DNA from: Candidatus Abyssobacteria bacterium SURF_17
GTDB taxonomy: Bacteria; Abyssobacteria; SURF-5
Length of the DNA stretch: 64,000 nt
Assembly: GCA_003598055.1 (NCBI GenBank)
Contig: QZKI01000022.1
Coordinates: 15,566 to 79,565 of the forward strand
Reading direction: 5' to 3'
The notes under the pieces are model-generated. The model was not told the DNA's origin and made no database searches. It worked only from the letters and a program-made list of their open reading frames with translations. Both the position numbers and the translations under genes were made by a program. How positions within the stretch are numbered: the first letter of the stretch is position 1; the number at the start of each line of letters is the position of its first letter. Positions 20,701 to 29,750 of the stretch are shown here, piece by piece.

Positions 20701-20767
20701 TTCGCAACTCCACATGATTGCTGTCGAGAGGATGCGACCGCATCAAGAACGAAACTCCCCTGTGCAA
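17759..20767 (-). CDS. putA: bifunctional proline dehydrogenase / delta-1-pyrroline-5-carboxylate dehydrogenase (PutA, no DNA-binding domain)
   Basis: 1002 aa. N-terminal PRODH beta8alpha8 region. C-terminal ALDH domain with the FTGSREVG, EMGGKNAIIV and catalytic GQKCSAASR motifs. Confidence 0.9.
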   Translation of the reverse strand: MHRGVSFLMRSHPLDSNHVELRTKTIGFELFSEVEEKTPSVFKSQWWENQLLEWCMKNNTMKTQLLRFVDVFPALRTPRQIVSHLQQYFPRSNREFPAFLRVGIDLSSPAAVTRSLLAQETRSMMTRMAHRFIAGGNVQESLAVLREIRKQGMTFTLDLLGEAVVSEPEADRYMNAYKEALRTLASAWKELEADALAHDGPNISLKLSSLFSQFDPVNEVGSKEVVKRRLREIVRVAREVGAFVYVDMEQYEYGELTLEIFRDLFGEQEFRDFPGAGIVIQAYLRGSENMLLGLLDWVGGRGCPVTVRLVKGAYWDYELINAKQMGWQIPVFTSKAETDANFERLTEILLGHFPSVRTAIGSHNIRSMAHAMACAEALGIEPSQLEFQMLYGMGDPIKSAILKTPYPLRIYTPFGELLPGMAYLVRRMLENTSNESFLRQDFFMGLSPEELLGDPREVISLERGKGVVAPPAKPARKRPGFENEPIVDFSHVESRRRMRNALEEVASRLGQSYPMLIGGERIDTEKTAVSINPSYPHQVVGRVAEASVEHAEDALNRARDAFEAWRQTTAEERAELLLRAADIMQHRRFELAALEVYEVGKTWREADADVAEAIDYLRYYSSEIVRLTADTLTARLPGERNEYVYLPRGVGAVIAPWNFPFAILTGMSSAAIAAGNAVIMKPAPQSPVIAVHLMQIYEEAGIPSGVANLVPGPGKTVGEHLVKSPETDFIAFTGSREVGTRINLLAAEHPSRNGIKKVVAEMGGKNAIIVDESADLDAAVLGVVASAFGYQGQKCSAASRVIVTESVYDVFVPRLVEAARSLRVGPAEEPSTRVGPLIDAEALEKVRGYIERGRREARLLLEVDVSHLTEGFFVGPTIFANVAPGSALAQEEIFGPVLAVLRACDFVEALQIANATQYGLTGGIYSRSPKHIELAKQYFMVGNLYINRKITGAVVQRQPFGGFKMSGIGSKAGGPDYLIQFLLPQTVSENIMRHGFAPIEEL

Positions 20768-20900
20768 ACTTCAAAATCCCTCATGAATTTGCGAAGAAAC
20801 TACAGGAAGTCTAACAAAGATTGCCTTGCGCGTCAATGAGCAGCAGGGCTTCGACAAAGGGAGGAGACCCGGGTGGCACTCAAAGAATTCCTGAGGTTGT

Positions 20901-21047
20901 TTTTGCGAGAAGCGTAGCGATGAAGCAAACTCCATTTCTTCGGAGATTGCTTCGCTCGGGCCTACGGCCCTTCGCTCGCAATGACGGCTCGGATGTTCCT
21001 TTCACACATAACCCCGCCGCAGATGGGGTCGGATGCTCGCAATGACG
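20901..21047. repeat. modular nested-inverted-repeat element, copy B
   Basis: Contains GAGATTGCTTCG...TTCGCTCGCAATGAC and the tail GGCTCGGATGTTCCTTTCACACATAACCCCGCCGCAGATGGGGTCG, nearly identical to copy A. Lies in the putA-upstream intergenic region. Confidence 0.55.
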
Positions 21048-21083
21048 ATTCCCAGGCGGGTTGTCCTTTGACGCATTGGAGTG

Positions 21084-22181
21084 TCAGTATGCGCCGTATT
21101 CCAGGGCGCAGCGGAACATCATGCGGATGTTATCGGGATTGGCGTTCGGAGGCGCTTCGCATCCGGAACTCAGGATGAAGCCGCCGCCGTCGGCGCAGGT
21201 GTCGATGAGGCTCTTGCATGCCTTCTCGACTTCCGCCGGCGAGCCGAATGCGAGCAGTGTGGGGTCTACATTGCCTTTGATGCAGAGTTTTCCGCCGAGA
21301 ATTCGCTTCGCATGAGCCATATCGGAAATATCCAGCTCGACAACGGCAGAACCGACGGGAAGCTCGGTGAAGTATTCCATCAACGGGTCCCAATTGCCGT
21401 CAAGATGCAGGATGACGAGGTAACCGGCCTTGGAATATGCCATGACCTGCTCTTTCAACCACGGCCACGCGAACTTCTCAAACATCCGTGGCGACACCAT
21501 CGAGCTTGAGAACTTCAGACTGGGCATACAGATGTTCTTCGCCCGCAGGAGACGGGCAATACGGAGCGTATTCTGTATTATCGTGCGGTTGTGTCTTTCA
21601 TTAATAGCGGTCATCTTCTCGGGAGTGTCAAGCAAATCGGTGAACCCATCGCTCCCTCGATAAAAGAGCATCAGCTCGGCAGGCAGGTAGGAGATTGCTT
21701 CCTGCCAGGGGACCGTGTCACAGTGTTTCCTCCAGTATGCCATCCAGCGGAGATGCTTGAACAGATGCCAGCTCATGGTCTTGATGACCTCGCGGCGGCC
21801 TATGCGGGCATGCGAGCGCATTCTCGAAAAGCCTCTTTCCAGGACCGAATCGTATATCTCAGGCCCGGCCTGCACGCGCTCCATCATCTGAGGCATCTCG
21901 GTATCGAAGAAGCGCCAGTCGTAATAGAGCGCGCTGTAGAGAATGGGAACCGTCGCGGTGAATGCGAAGCGCATCGGGGTGAGGTTCATGGTGTCCGGGA
22001 GGCCGTCGTAGTATTCGAATGCCTTGAGCGAAGCCCGGTGGCAGGCATCGACATCCCAGATGAAATCATGCATGCGCGTGCCCGTCACGCTGGCGAAATG
22101 ATAAATCATGAACGGAGAGACGGGAACATAGTCAGGCTTTTTGAGGGCAATGGCGGCGGCCACGCGTTCGGCGGATGTCAT
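21084..22181 (-). CDS. uroporphyrinogen decarboxylase (URO-D) family protein, MtaA/CmuA-like methyltransferase fold
   Basis: 365 aa. The C-terminal half (VILHLDGNWDPLMEYFTELPVGSAVVELD...KLCIKGNVDP...GGGFILSSGCE) matches the URO-D TIM-barrel family. Confidence 0.55.
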   Translation of the reverse strand: MTSAERVAAAIALKKPDYVPVSPFMIYHFASVTGTRMHDFIWDVDACHRASLKAFEYYDGLPDTMNLTPMRFAFTATVPILYSALYYDWRFFDTEMPQMMERVQAGPEIYDSVLERGFSRMRSHARIGRREVIKTMSWHLFKHLRWMAYWRKHCDTVPWQEAISYLPAELMLFYRGSDGFTDLLDTPEKMTAINERHNRTIIQNTLRIARLLRAKNICMPSLKFSSSMVSPRMFEKFAWPWLKEQVMAYSKAGYLVILHLDGNWDPLMEYFTELPVGSAVVELDISDMAHAKRILGGKLCIKGNVDPTLLAFGSPAEVEKACKSLIDTCADGGGFILSSGCEAPPNANPDNIRMMFRCALEYGAY

Positions 22182-22196
22182 TTCTCCTCGGGTGGG

Positions 22197-22976
22197 TTAT
22201 GAGGCCGGACGCTTGACACACGAAAGACAGAACCGGCCGACTTCGTCAAATAAGATGTGGCGGTCTCTGTCGAGGGGAGCCTTATGGCGGCTGTTTTCGA
22301 GATGAACGAGCCTTTTTTCCGTGCTGCTCACGGAATCGAATATGTGTTTTCCGCTGTCTTTCCAGATAACATCGTCGCGGCGGGACTGAACGATGAGTAT
22401 CGGCGCGGTCACGCGCTTGAATATGGCGCGCGTCGCTTCCATCATTTCCACAAGTCGAAGCACGCTCTGGGAAGGATAACTCTTGTATCCGACGAGGTAT
22501 TCTGACAAGGTTTTGTCCGCAAGGCTGGTAAACCCAAGCTTCGGGATGTTTGCGCCGAGCACGGAGCCGAGCTTTGCGGCCAACTTCAGGGTTCGCTCAC
22601 CGGCAACGCCGCCCTTCGGGAAGGCCGGCGCACAGATGGTGACGACGCCGTCAACACCACGCATTGTCGCCAGTTGCAGCGCCAGTAATCCCCCCATGCT
22701 AAAGCCCACAATGACGGCCGCGTCATTATTCTCCTTCAGCCTTGCATATTCCATTTCGACCATTCCCAACAGCTTTTGGTTGGAAATGTTCGCGAAATCC
22801 TTCAACGATGTTCCGTGTCCGGGCAACGTTATGGCCTTGGTAATGACCCCTTGCGTGTTCAGGTGGACCCGCATAGGTTCCATGAGGGCTGCGGTATCAC
22901 CGAACCCGTGAACGAGCAGACAGCCCACATCTCCTCGGACGAACGAAAAAGCCGGGCTCTGCTTCTCTTTCACCAT
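22197..22976 (-). CDS. alpha/beta-hydrolase (carboxylesterase / lysophospholipase-like)
   Basis: GFSMGG nucleophile elbow, upstream HGFGD oxyanion region, C-terminal His. Start taken at the internal Met (MVKEKQ). Confidence 0.75.
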   Translation of the reverse strand: MVKEKQSPAFSFVRGDVGCLLVHGFGDTAALMEPMRVHLNTQGVITKAITLPGHGTSLKDFANISNQKLLGMVEMEYARLKENNDAAVIVGFSMGGLLALQLATMRGVDGVVTICAPAFPKGGVAGERTLKLAAKLGSVLGANIPKLGFTSLADKTLSEYLVGYKSYPSQSVLRLVEMMEATRAIFKRVTAPILIVQSRRDDVIWKDSGKHIFDSVSSTEKRLVHLENSRHKAPLDRDRHILFDEVGRFCLSCVKRPAS

Positions 22977-23079
22977 CGCGTCCCTATCAGTCACGTGTAA
23001 GCCCTCTATCTTCCATCACAGAATAGCCGGATTGTGCTTTTTTTGTCGAACCTGCCGACCATAGTTCAGGACGCTCGGC

Positions 23080-23313
23080 CTAATAGTAGTAATGCCCCTT
23101 GAATAGGCCGACGTTTCTCAGAAACCGATACGCGCCCGTAATGGCTGCGCCTAGGATGACCGCCATCGAGAACAGGCTTACTGCAACCGTGAATGTGAAA
23201 GCGGAAGTGGCATCCATCGCAATACCCCCATGTGTCAAGAACGCAAAGGCGACCGGCGCACCGAGCGCCGTCCCAACGGAAACCCTGACTGTGTTCTTAA
23301 CCGTCTTGCTCAT
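23080..23313 (-). CDS. small hydrophobic protein (possible; weak)
   Basis: 77-aa ORF with two hydrophobic segments and no recognisable family. Could be spurious. Confidence 0.2.
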   Translation of the reverse strand: MSKTVKNTVRVSVGTALGAPVAFAFLTHGGIAMDATSAFTFTVAVSLFSMAVILGAAITGAYRFLRNVGLFKGHYYY

Positions 23314-23556
23314 TCCATTCCCCCCCAGTCATTCAACTACCTGTTCTCTCTATATCCAAGAAGTATGCCACCCAACCAAGAAAGGCTCTATTTGTTGTCT
23401 ATCTTTTCTTATTGCAAAGACTTATGGAATGGTCTTGGGACGGGCGCTGGGCTGGGAAATGAATGATTTCCGCAATACCTGTCATGCAGCGGTGCAGTGT
23501 TTTTATTGCATCTTATGCCTCGGTCAATTTCCAAATCCGTATTGATAAAAAGAAAG

Positions 23557-23600
23557 CCCGGATTCCGTCCCTCGTGTTTCGAGTACAGGAATCCGGGCCG
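23557..23600 (-). terminator. rho-independent terminator downstream of the 23635-24084 gene
   Basis: On the minus strand, GCCCGGATTCC...GGAATCCGGGC forms an 11-bp GC-rich stem followed by CTTTCTTTTT. Confidence 0.5.
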
Positions 23601-23634
23601 ATCAGCGAAAATCTGTGGATGGAGAAGTCAGCGC

Positions 23635-24084
23635 TTATTGTTCTGCGGGGTTTTGTCCGTGCTCGCAGTCTTCGTGTGCCTTGCCAGCCGGCATTGCCGC
23701 ACAGCAATCGCCCGAGCCTGCGGAATGATTATCCATCGAGCATCCACTTGCAGAGGGAACAGTGATATTGACCGTCTTTTTTTCGCCGCCCGGCAGCGTG
23801 AATGTCAGGGCGGTTTCATTCTCATTTGCGGCGATCATCTTGAACGAGGAGTCGTACAGCAGCGCTCCCACCGCGCCGTCATTCATTGGAACGATACGAA
23901 GATACTGCTCGCCGACCTTGACGACGGGCACCTGCTCTTTCAGCATGCTCTTCGTTTCCGTTTGCTGGGTGTCTTCTGCCGTCGCGGCTCCGCTCGCGAG
24001 AACCCTTTGCGCCAGCGGCGTCCCGAGAATGAATACCGCTATCGCTATCCCTGCCAGCAGCCAATTTCTTACCTTTATGTTCAT
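23635..24084 (-). CDS. secreted protein with Cys/His-rich C-terminal tail (possible metal-binding)
   Basis: Start taken at MNIKVRNWLLAGIAIAVFILG (signal/anchor). C-terminal ...SASGCSMDNHSAGSGDCCAAMPAGKAHEDCEHGQ. Confidence 0.45.
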   Translation of the reverse strand: MNIKVRNWLLAGIAIAVFILGTPLAQRVLASGAATAEDTQQTETKSMLKEQVPVVKVGEQYLRIVPMNDGAVGALLYDSSFKMIAANENETALTFTLPGGEKKTVNITVPSASGCSMDNHSAGSGDCCAAMPAGKAHEDCEHGQNPAEQ

Positions 24085-24514
24085 CAAATTCCTCCTGTGT
24101 GTTAATTCCGGGGACATGATACCGATTCTCTTGGAAGGCGAAAGAAATGGCTACTCTTTCCGTCCGAGTATGCCAAGTTCAAATGGGTATCATGTCTCCG
24201 GAACACCGCTTCCTTGTAGCCACACGCACTCAAACGGGGACAATATGAGCAAATTCTGAGCCGACTGCAAAATCAATCTATAGAAATAGCATAACACCTG
24301 TGTTTCCAAGCTGCTATGGATTTTTCCATGATTTGTCCGTGGATCTCTATTCTGGGGCATTTGCCGAATTTCAACCTGAGCGCTGCGTGAAATGCCACAA
24401 CGGGATTCCGCAGGGGCGAACGGCCGCGGACCTTTCAACCACAAGATTGAGGCTTGGACAGGTTCTCAGATACTTCCCATCGGCGGATGGGTCTACTGAA
24501 GCACTAAAATAAGA

Positions 24515-24548
24515 CCGGACCGGCTTATGTGAATCGGCCGGTCCGGAG
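24515..24548 (-). terminator. rho-independent terminator of nrdJ
   Basis: CCGGACCGGC ... GCCGGTCCGG 10-bp stem. On the minus strand it is followed by TTATTTTAGTG, about 25 nt past the nrdJ stop. Confidence 0.5.
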
Positions 24549-24571
24549 CAATGGCCAAGCAGTCCATTTCC

Positions 24572-26902
24572 TTAATTACACTTCGAGTAGCCGCAGACGC
24601 GGCAGACGATGCAACCGCCCTCGCGCTCGATTTTCGCGCCGCAGTCCGGGCACGGTTTGGAGAGCGCCACGCTCGGTTCCGGGCGCTTTTCGGTCTCGAC
24701 CTCTCCGTTGACTTCTTCCTCGACGACCGGGCGGTTGGACATCTTTGTGTATTTCTCGATTGCTCGCCCGATGGCATCCGGACACGAGAGACAGCGTATC
24801 TCGGAGTTGCTCCTCTTCGACGCGACGGTTGAGAGGCAGCGGATTCCCTTTAGTTGCTCGATGAGCGCATCCACGCTGATACCCGACCTGAGCGCGAGCG
24901 AAACCAGCCGGCTCGTGGCTTCCGATTGCGACGGGCAGCCGCCGGCCCTTCCCGTGCTTGTGAACACCTCGCAGATTCCCAGCTCATCGGAATTGACGGT
25001 CACATACAGGTTGCCGCAGCCGATGACGACCTTCTCGGTCGTGCCGTGGGTGACGGTTTTGCGCGGGCGCGGTGTTATGGAGCCATCCTGCACATGCGCG
25101 TCGGACTTTCTGGTAATGCTTTTTGTCCACACTTGCTCGCTGCGGCTGCCGTCGCGGAAGATGGTGACCCCTTTGCATTCCAGCTTATAGGCCAATCGGT
25201 ACACCTTCTCGACATCAGCCTGGGTCGCGGTATTGGCAAAGTTGACGGTTTTCGAAACGGCGTTATCGGTATGCTTCTGGAATGCCGCCTGCATCTGGAC
25301 GTGCCACTCCGGCGAAACATCGTGCGCGGTCACAAATATCTTCTTGATGTCGGCGGGTACCTCCGCCAGTTCGCCGATTCCTCCCGCCTCGGCCATCTTC
25401 TTCATGACCTGCGGCGAGAAAAATCCTTGTTCCTTTGCCATTTGGCGGAAAATCGGGTGTACCTCGATGAGCTCGTCGTTATCGAGCACGTGGCGCGTGA
25501 ACGCAATCGCAAATATCGGCTCGATACCGCTCGAGCATCCGGAGATTATGCTGATGGTGCCCGTCGGCGCAATCGTTGTCACGGTCGCATTGCGCATCGG
25601 CTTGCCCGAGTTCGCATACGTGCTCTTGGCGTAGTTCGGGAACGAGCCGCGCGCCTCGGCAATCTTGGAGGATTCGTCGTGCGATTTATCCTGGATGAAC
25701 GACATCACTTCGTCGGCCACTTTGAGCGCCTCTTCGGAGTTATACGGGATGCCCATCCGGATGAGCATATCGGCAAATCCCATTACACCCAAGCCTATCT
25801 TGCGGTTGGCGAGTGTCATCTCCTTTATCTTCGAGAGTGGATAGTTGTTGATGTCGATGACATTATCGAGGAAATGGACGGCCATTCGTGCGGTACGCGC
25901 CAGCTTCGGGAAATCCACCTCATAGTGACTGTTGCGCTTCACGAGCATTTTCGCCAGATTGATCGAGCCAAGATTGCAGGACTCATACGGGAGCAGTGGC
26001 TGCTCGCCGCACGGGTTCGTGCTCTCCATTTTGCCGACCAGGGGTGTCGGGTTGGAAGCATTGATGCGGTCAATGAAAATGATGCCCGGATCCCCGTTCA
26101 GCCATGCATGCTCGACAATCATGTCGAAGACCTTACCTGCCTTGAGGCGCTCGACGGTCTTTCCGGTGCGCGGATTGACTAGCTCGTACTCTCCGTCGGC
26201 CTCGAGAGCCTTCATAAATTTCTCGGTGAGCGCTACGGAAATGTTGAAGTTGTTGAGCTGGCTCTCCTGCTCTTTGGCGACGATGAACTCGAGGATGTCC
26301 GGATGGTCCACGCGGAGAATGCCCATGTTGGCGCCGCGACGGGTGCCTCCCTGTTTTATCGTTTCCGTCGCCATGTCGAATACTTTCATGAATGAGATGG
26401 GCCCGCTTGATATGCCTTTGGTCGAGAGCACGGTGTCGTTCTTCGGGCGTATCTGCGAAAAGGAAAAGCCCGTGCCGCCGCCGCTCTTGTGAATGAGCGC
26501 CGTGTCTTTCACAGCCTCAAAGATGCTGTCCATCGAATCCCCCACGGGGAGCACGAAACATGCGGAAAGCTGCCCGAGCTCGCGCCCCGCATTCATGAGC
26601 GTGGGCGAATTGGGCATGAACTCCATGTTCGTCATAAGCGAGTAGAATTCCCTCGCTCTTGACAGCACATCGGCGGTTTCATTATAGATTCTATCTACAC
26701 CGGCGATGGTCATGGCCACTCGCCAGAACATGTCCTCTGGTCGCTCAACCGGCTTGCCGTCCTCGCTCTTCTTTAAGTACCGCTTCTCCAATACCTTAAG
26801 GGCATTCACCGTAAACTCGATTTCGGCTTTCGGCGGCGGAAGAAGGCTCGCCTTTGAAGTTCTCGTTACGCTGGCTCTCTTGCCACTTTTCACCGTCGGC
26901 AT
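24572..26902 (-). CDS. nrdJ: ribonucleoside-diphosphate/triphosphate reductase, class II, adenosylcobalamin-dependent
   Basis: 776 aa. N-terminal NALKVLEKRYLKK...FMPNSPTLMNAG and the later C-terminal cysteine pairs. C-terminal Zn-ribbon CPDCG...CIVCRVCG. Confidence 0.9.
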   Translation of the reverse strand: MPTVKSGKRASVTRTSKASLLPPPKAEIEFTVNALKVLEKRYLKKSEDGKPVERPEDMFWRVAMTIAGVDRIYNETADVLSRAREFYSLMTNMEFMPNSPTLMNAGRELGQLSACFVLPVGDSMDSIFEAVKDTALIHKSGGGTGFSFSQIRPKNDTVLSTKGISSGPISFMKVFDMATETIKQGGTRRGANMGILRVDHPDILEFIVAKEQESQLNNFNISVALTEKFMKALEADGEYELVNPRTGKTVERLKAGKVFDMIVEHAWLNGDPGIIFIDRINASNPTPLVGKMESTNPCGEQPLLPYESCNLGSINLAKMLVKRNSHYEVDFPKLARTARMAVHFLDNVIDINNYPLSKIKEMTLANRKIGLGVMGFADMLIRMGIPYNSEEALKVADEVMSFIQDKSHDESSKIAEARGSFPNYAKSTYANSGKPMRNATVTTIAPTGTISIISGCSSGIEPIFAIAFTRHVLDNDELIEVHPIFRQMAKEQGFFSPQVMKKMAEAGGIGELAEVPADIKKIFVTAHDVSPEWHVQMQAAFQKHTDNAVSKTVNFANTATQADVEKVYRLAYKLECKGVTIFRDGSRSEQVWTKSITRKSDAHVQDGSITPRPRKTVTHGTTEKVVIGCGNLYVTVNSDELGICEVFTSTGRAGGCPSQSEATSRLVSLALRSGISVDALIEQLKGIRCLSTVASKRSNSEIRCLSCPDAIGRAIEKYTKMSNRPVVEEEVNGEVETEKRPEPSVALSKPCPDCGAKIEREGGCIVCRVCGYSKCN

Positions 26903-27293
26903 TCCTTATTCCCCCCTCATCATAATTATGTATAAATCCTTAAAATATCGAAAGTTGCGCATTGCCGAAGCCTTGATGGCGCATGTCCCGAAGAGACAAC
27001 AACCCCCGTTTCTTCACTCATGATTCTTGAGATGGCTTACTGCAGGGCCGAAAACTATCTTACACCGCGAAGGCCGGAAAGTCAATCAATCTCATTTACG
27101 ATCGACAACTGAAAAAATAACTTCTACACCTGCGTATTCTTTGATATTCGGTGGATAATCGGAAGTTTTCAGGTCAATTCTTCGGGAGCTCTGCTGTTTC
27201 AGGTGTCTTGTGCCAGTATTTCAGAAGTCTGCACCGCGCAGAACGTTACCATCTCCTTCTAATCGTCTATCCTGTGGCATCCTTAACTATAGC

Positions 27294-27309
27294 ACACAAT
27301 ATGTAGTGT
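27294..27309. promoter_or_regulatory. candidate NrdR box (ACACAATATGTAGTGT) in the nrdJ leader
   Basis: 15/16 match to the published NrdR-box consensus acaCwAtATaTwGtgt. Palindromic. About 390 nt upstream of the annotated nrdJ start, inside a 1.16 kb ORF-free region. Confidence 0.4.
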
Positions 27310-27960
27310 TGTCAATAGGAAAATTCCGCCACCTTCTTCGTGTCCGACCTCCTGCGGTCGCAACTTTTGGAGTGGTCATTGGTTCCGAACTACCGGAGGC
27401 GGGCGTCGGAATTTCAATTTGTGAATACGGCGAGGTGTTCCCTCCCCTTCCGTGAGGACAACCCGGCGGTGAGTCTCCCTTCATCACACACGGTACCGCT
27501 AAATGTTTGTGTAGCAGCGGCAGTTTTCATACAGGAGCGCATGGCTTGCGCTCTAAGAAGAGAAGAAGCGGCCGCATCCCGACTTTTCGGCAGTATCAAG
27601 GCTGCAGTATTCTCTGCACGCAAGTTGGTGTCCGCATGTTTTACGGAAGCCTGTTACATCGGTGTGGTTTCCTGCACGCCTGCCCTTTCCGAATTCTTCG
27701 ATTCGCGTTGACTTGCCATTGCGAACTTTGTTAAACTAACACTGTGAGCAGGATTCGCCTTGAGGAATAGCGCTACAAAGCTTCCTTATGGGTTCCCATA
27801 TTCCTGACAGTCATTGTTTGGTTCAACTATGCTTGATTCCGGCTTCAAAGGAAATCTAGAGAAGGTGAGCGTCGCAGCTTTTCTCCGGCATCTTTCCATC
27901 ATAGATGGTTGTGCAGACGCGGCAGGAGTGAACAGCGCGGCGTAGACACAACCCCGGACT

Positions 27961-28023
27961 GTTATTGCGAGGGGGTCGAAAGCAATCTCTTTATCATAGG
28001 GGGATTGCTTTGCTGGCAACGAC
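27961..28023. repeat. modular nested-inverted-repeat element, short copy F
   Basis: GTTATTGCGAGGGGGTCGAAAGCAATCTC ... GGATTGCTTTG-CTGGCAACGAC is a degenerate version of the GTCATTGCGAG/GAAGCAATCTC module. Confidence 0.4.
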
Positions 28024-28063
28024 CTCGGTTCGGAGATCATGACAGGAATTCAAGGTTTCGAAA

Positions 28064-28798
28064 GTGAGTAATAGAAAGATGTCTGCACGGAAGTATGACT
28101 ACGTCTTTCTCGATGCCGGATACACGCTTTTCACGGCGAATCCGTCTCCCGCGAGGTTTTACCATCAGGTGTGCACGCGTCATGGAGCGGAGTTCACATT
28201 GGAGCGGTTGACTGGTGCTATGCGTGAAGTATGGGTGGAACACGTGATTCCCGAGATGACCGACCCCGAGGCTGACCTTGTGTGTTCCGACGAAGAAGAC
28301 CGCATGTGGTGGTGGAATTACGACAGAGAGGTATTCAAACGATTGGGAATCCTGGAAGAGAAGCAGGAAGGGATTTTCGCGGAGATCTACCGGTTCTTCA
28401 GTGACCCGGCGGCATGGGAACTGTATCCGGATACGCTCGAATCGCTTGAGCAGCTCAGAGCGAGCAACCTGTCGCTGGCTATCGTTTCGAACTGGAACTC
28501 CAGCCTCGGAAAGATAGTTGATGGGCTCAAACTGGCCGACTATTTCGACTTTGTCATCTCGTCGGCCGAAGCGGGATGGAAGAAGCCATCGCCACGCATA
28601 TTCGAACTGGCGCTCGAGCGCGCGGGAGCCGATGCCCCGCGCGTTGTTCACATCGGCGATACCTACCAGACCGATGTGCTTGGGGCACGGAAAGCAGGCA
28701 TCAGGGGTATCATGCTTGACCGGCGTGGCGGAACTCATCACGATCATGAGGTGATAACCTGCTTGACGCAACTCCATTCGCTGCTGGCGCACGGATGA
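28064..28798 (+). CDS. HAD-superfamily hydrolase (subfamily IA-like)
   Basis: Motif I FLDAGYT (the second Asp of DxDxT is absent), motif II IVSNW, motif III K in GWKKPSP, motif IV GDTYQTD. 244 aa. Confidence 0.7.
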   Translation: MSNRKMSARKYDYVFLDAGYTLFTANPSPARFYHQVCTRHGAEFTLERLTGAMREVWVEHVIPEMTDPEADLVCSDEEDRMWWWNYDREVFKRLGILEEKQEGIFAEIYRFFSDPAAWELYPDTLESLEQLRASNLSLAIVSNWNSSLGKIVDGLKLADYFDFVISSAEAGWKKPSPRIFELALERAGADAPRVVHIGDTYQTDVLGARKAGIRGIMLDRRGGTHHDHEVITCLTQLHSLLAHG

Positions 28799-28882
28799 CA
28801 CGAGGAAACGCAACAGAAGAGGACTGACGGCTCCACTCCGAGGAAGGACATGATAGTGCCGACTTCGCTGACGGGGGAATGA

Positions 28883-29716
28883 ATGAAGAAACAGATTGAC
28901 AACTATCAGATACTAGGCGTCATCGGGAATCCGCAGGAGAGCCGCGTGTTCCTCGTGGAAGAAGTGGGCACCGGCAGGAAATTAGCCCTGAAGGCCCTAC
29001 CGATGGACTTCTTCGACAGCGAGCGGGAATTCAACTCATTTGCGCAGGAGGTCGAAAAGGTAGCTCAGTTTCGGTGTCCCAATCTGGTCGCATATTACAA
29101 GCTTCTGGGGAAGTACACGGAAGGGCTCATTCTTACTGAATATGTCGAGGGGATGAATCTGAAGGCATATGTGGACAGCCAGCAGCATCCTTTCTCAGAG
29201 TTACTCCGCATAGCAATCCAGATCCTGAAGGGTGTTCAGTACCTTCATCATTTCAAGATGCTGCATCAGAATCTTAAGGCAACCAACGTATTGATAAATT
29301 CGAACCTGAGCATAAAGCTCTCTGATTTCTATTTCTCGAAATATTTCAACCGTTGGCGGAAGCGACGCGGTTATCCTTCCGTAGAAGCGGTCAAGTTTTT
29401 TTCGCCGGAACAGGTGAAGGATAAATCGCTCGACGCGCGAAGCGATTATTATTCGGTGGGCGTGCTGCTATTTTACCTGTTCACCCGTGTGCTGCCCATC
29501 AGGGGAACATCAATGCAAGAGATCATGCAGAAACATCTGCGGATGGGCGTCGTTGAGGTTCCATCGACGATTAATCCGGAGGTCCCGCCCGAGGTGAGCG
29601 GCGTCGTGATGAAGATGCTCCAAAAGAAGCCGAGGAAACGGCTGTCGTCGCTTTCGGAGCTTATCCTCGACCTCTCGCGGATGGAACAACGCCAGCAGAA
29701 ATCTGCGGGAATCTAG
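28883..29716 (+). CDS. protein-kinase-like domain protein, predicted pseudokinase (HRD->HQN, DFG->DFY)
   Basis: Glycine-rich loop LGVIGNP, beta3 Lys in LALKAL, hinge LTEYVEG. The catalytic loop HQNLKATNVLI lacks the catalytic Asp. Activation segment DFYFS...SPEQ. Subdomain IX SDYYSVGVLL. Confidence 0.6.
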   Translation: MKKQIDNYQILGVIGNPQESRVFLVEEVGTGRKLALKALPMDFFDSEREFNSFAQEVEKVAQFRCPNLVAYYKLLGKYTEGLILTEYVEGMNLKAYVDSQQHPFSELLRIAIQILKGVQYLHHFKMLHQNLKATNVLINSNLSIKLSDFYFSKYFNRWRKRRGYPSVEAVKFFSPEQVKDKSLDARSDYYSVGVLLFYLFTRVLPIRGTSMQEIMQKHLRMGVVEVPSTINPEVPPEVSGVVMKMLQKKPRKRLSSLSELILDLSRMEQRQQKSAGI

Positions 29717-29750
29717 AGTTTGTCCCGCGCTCGTGAGGATGGATATGTGC

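Noticed and set aside
24854-26182. 442-aa plus-strand ORF
   Set aside because: Antisense to nrdJ, with no motifs and biased composition; spurious.
26903-27300. Cobalamin riboswitch upstream of nrdJ
   Set aside because: I found no B12-box-like sequence (GCCACTG region) on the relevant strand. Biologically, B12 riboswitches usually control B12-independent RNRs, not NrdJ.
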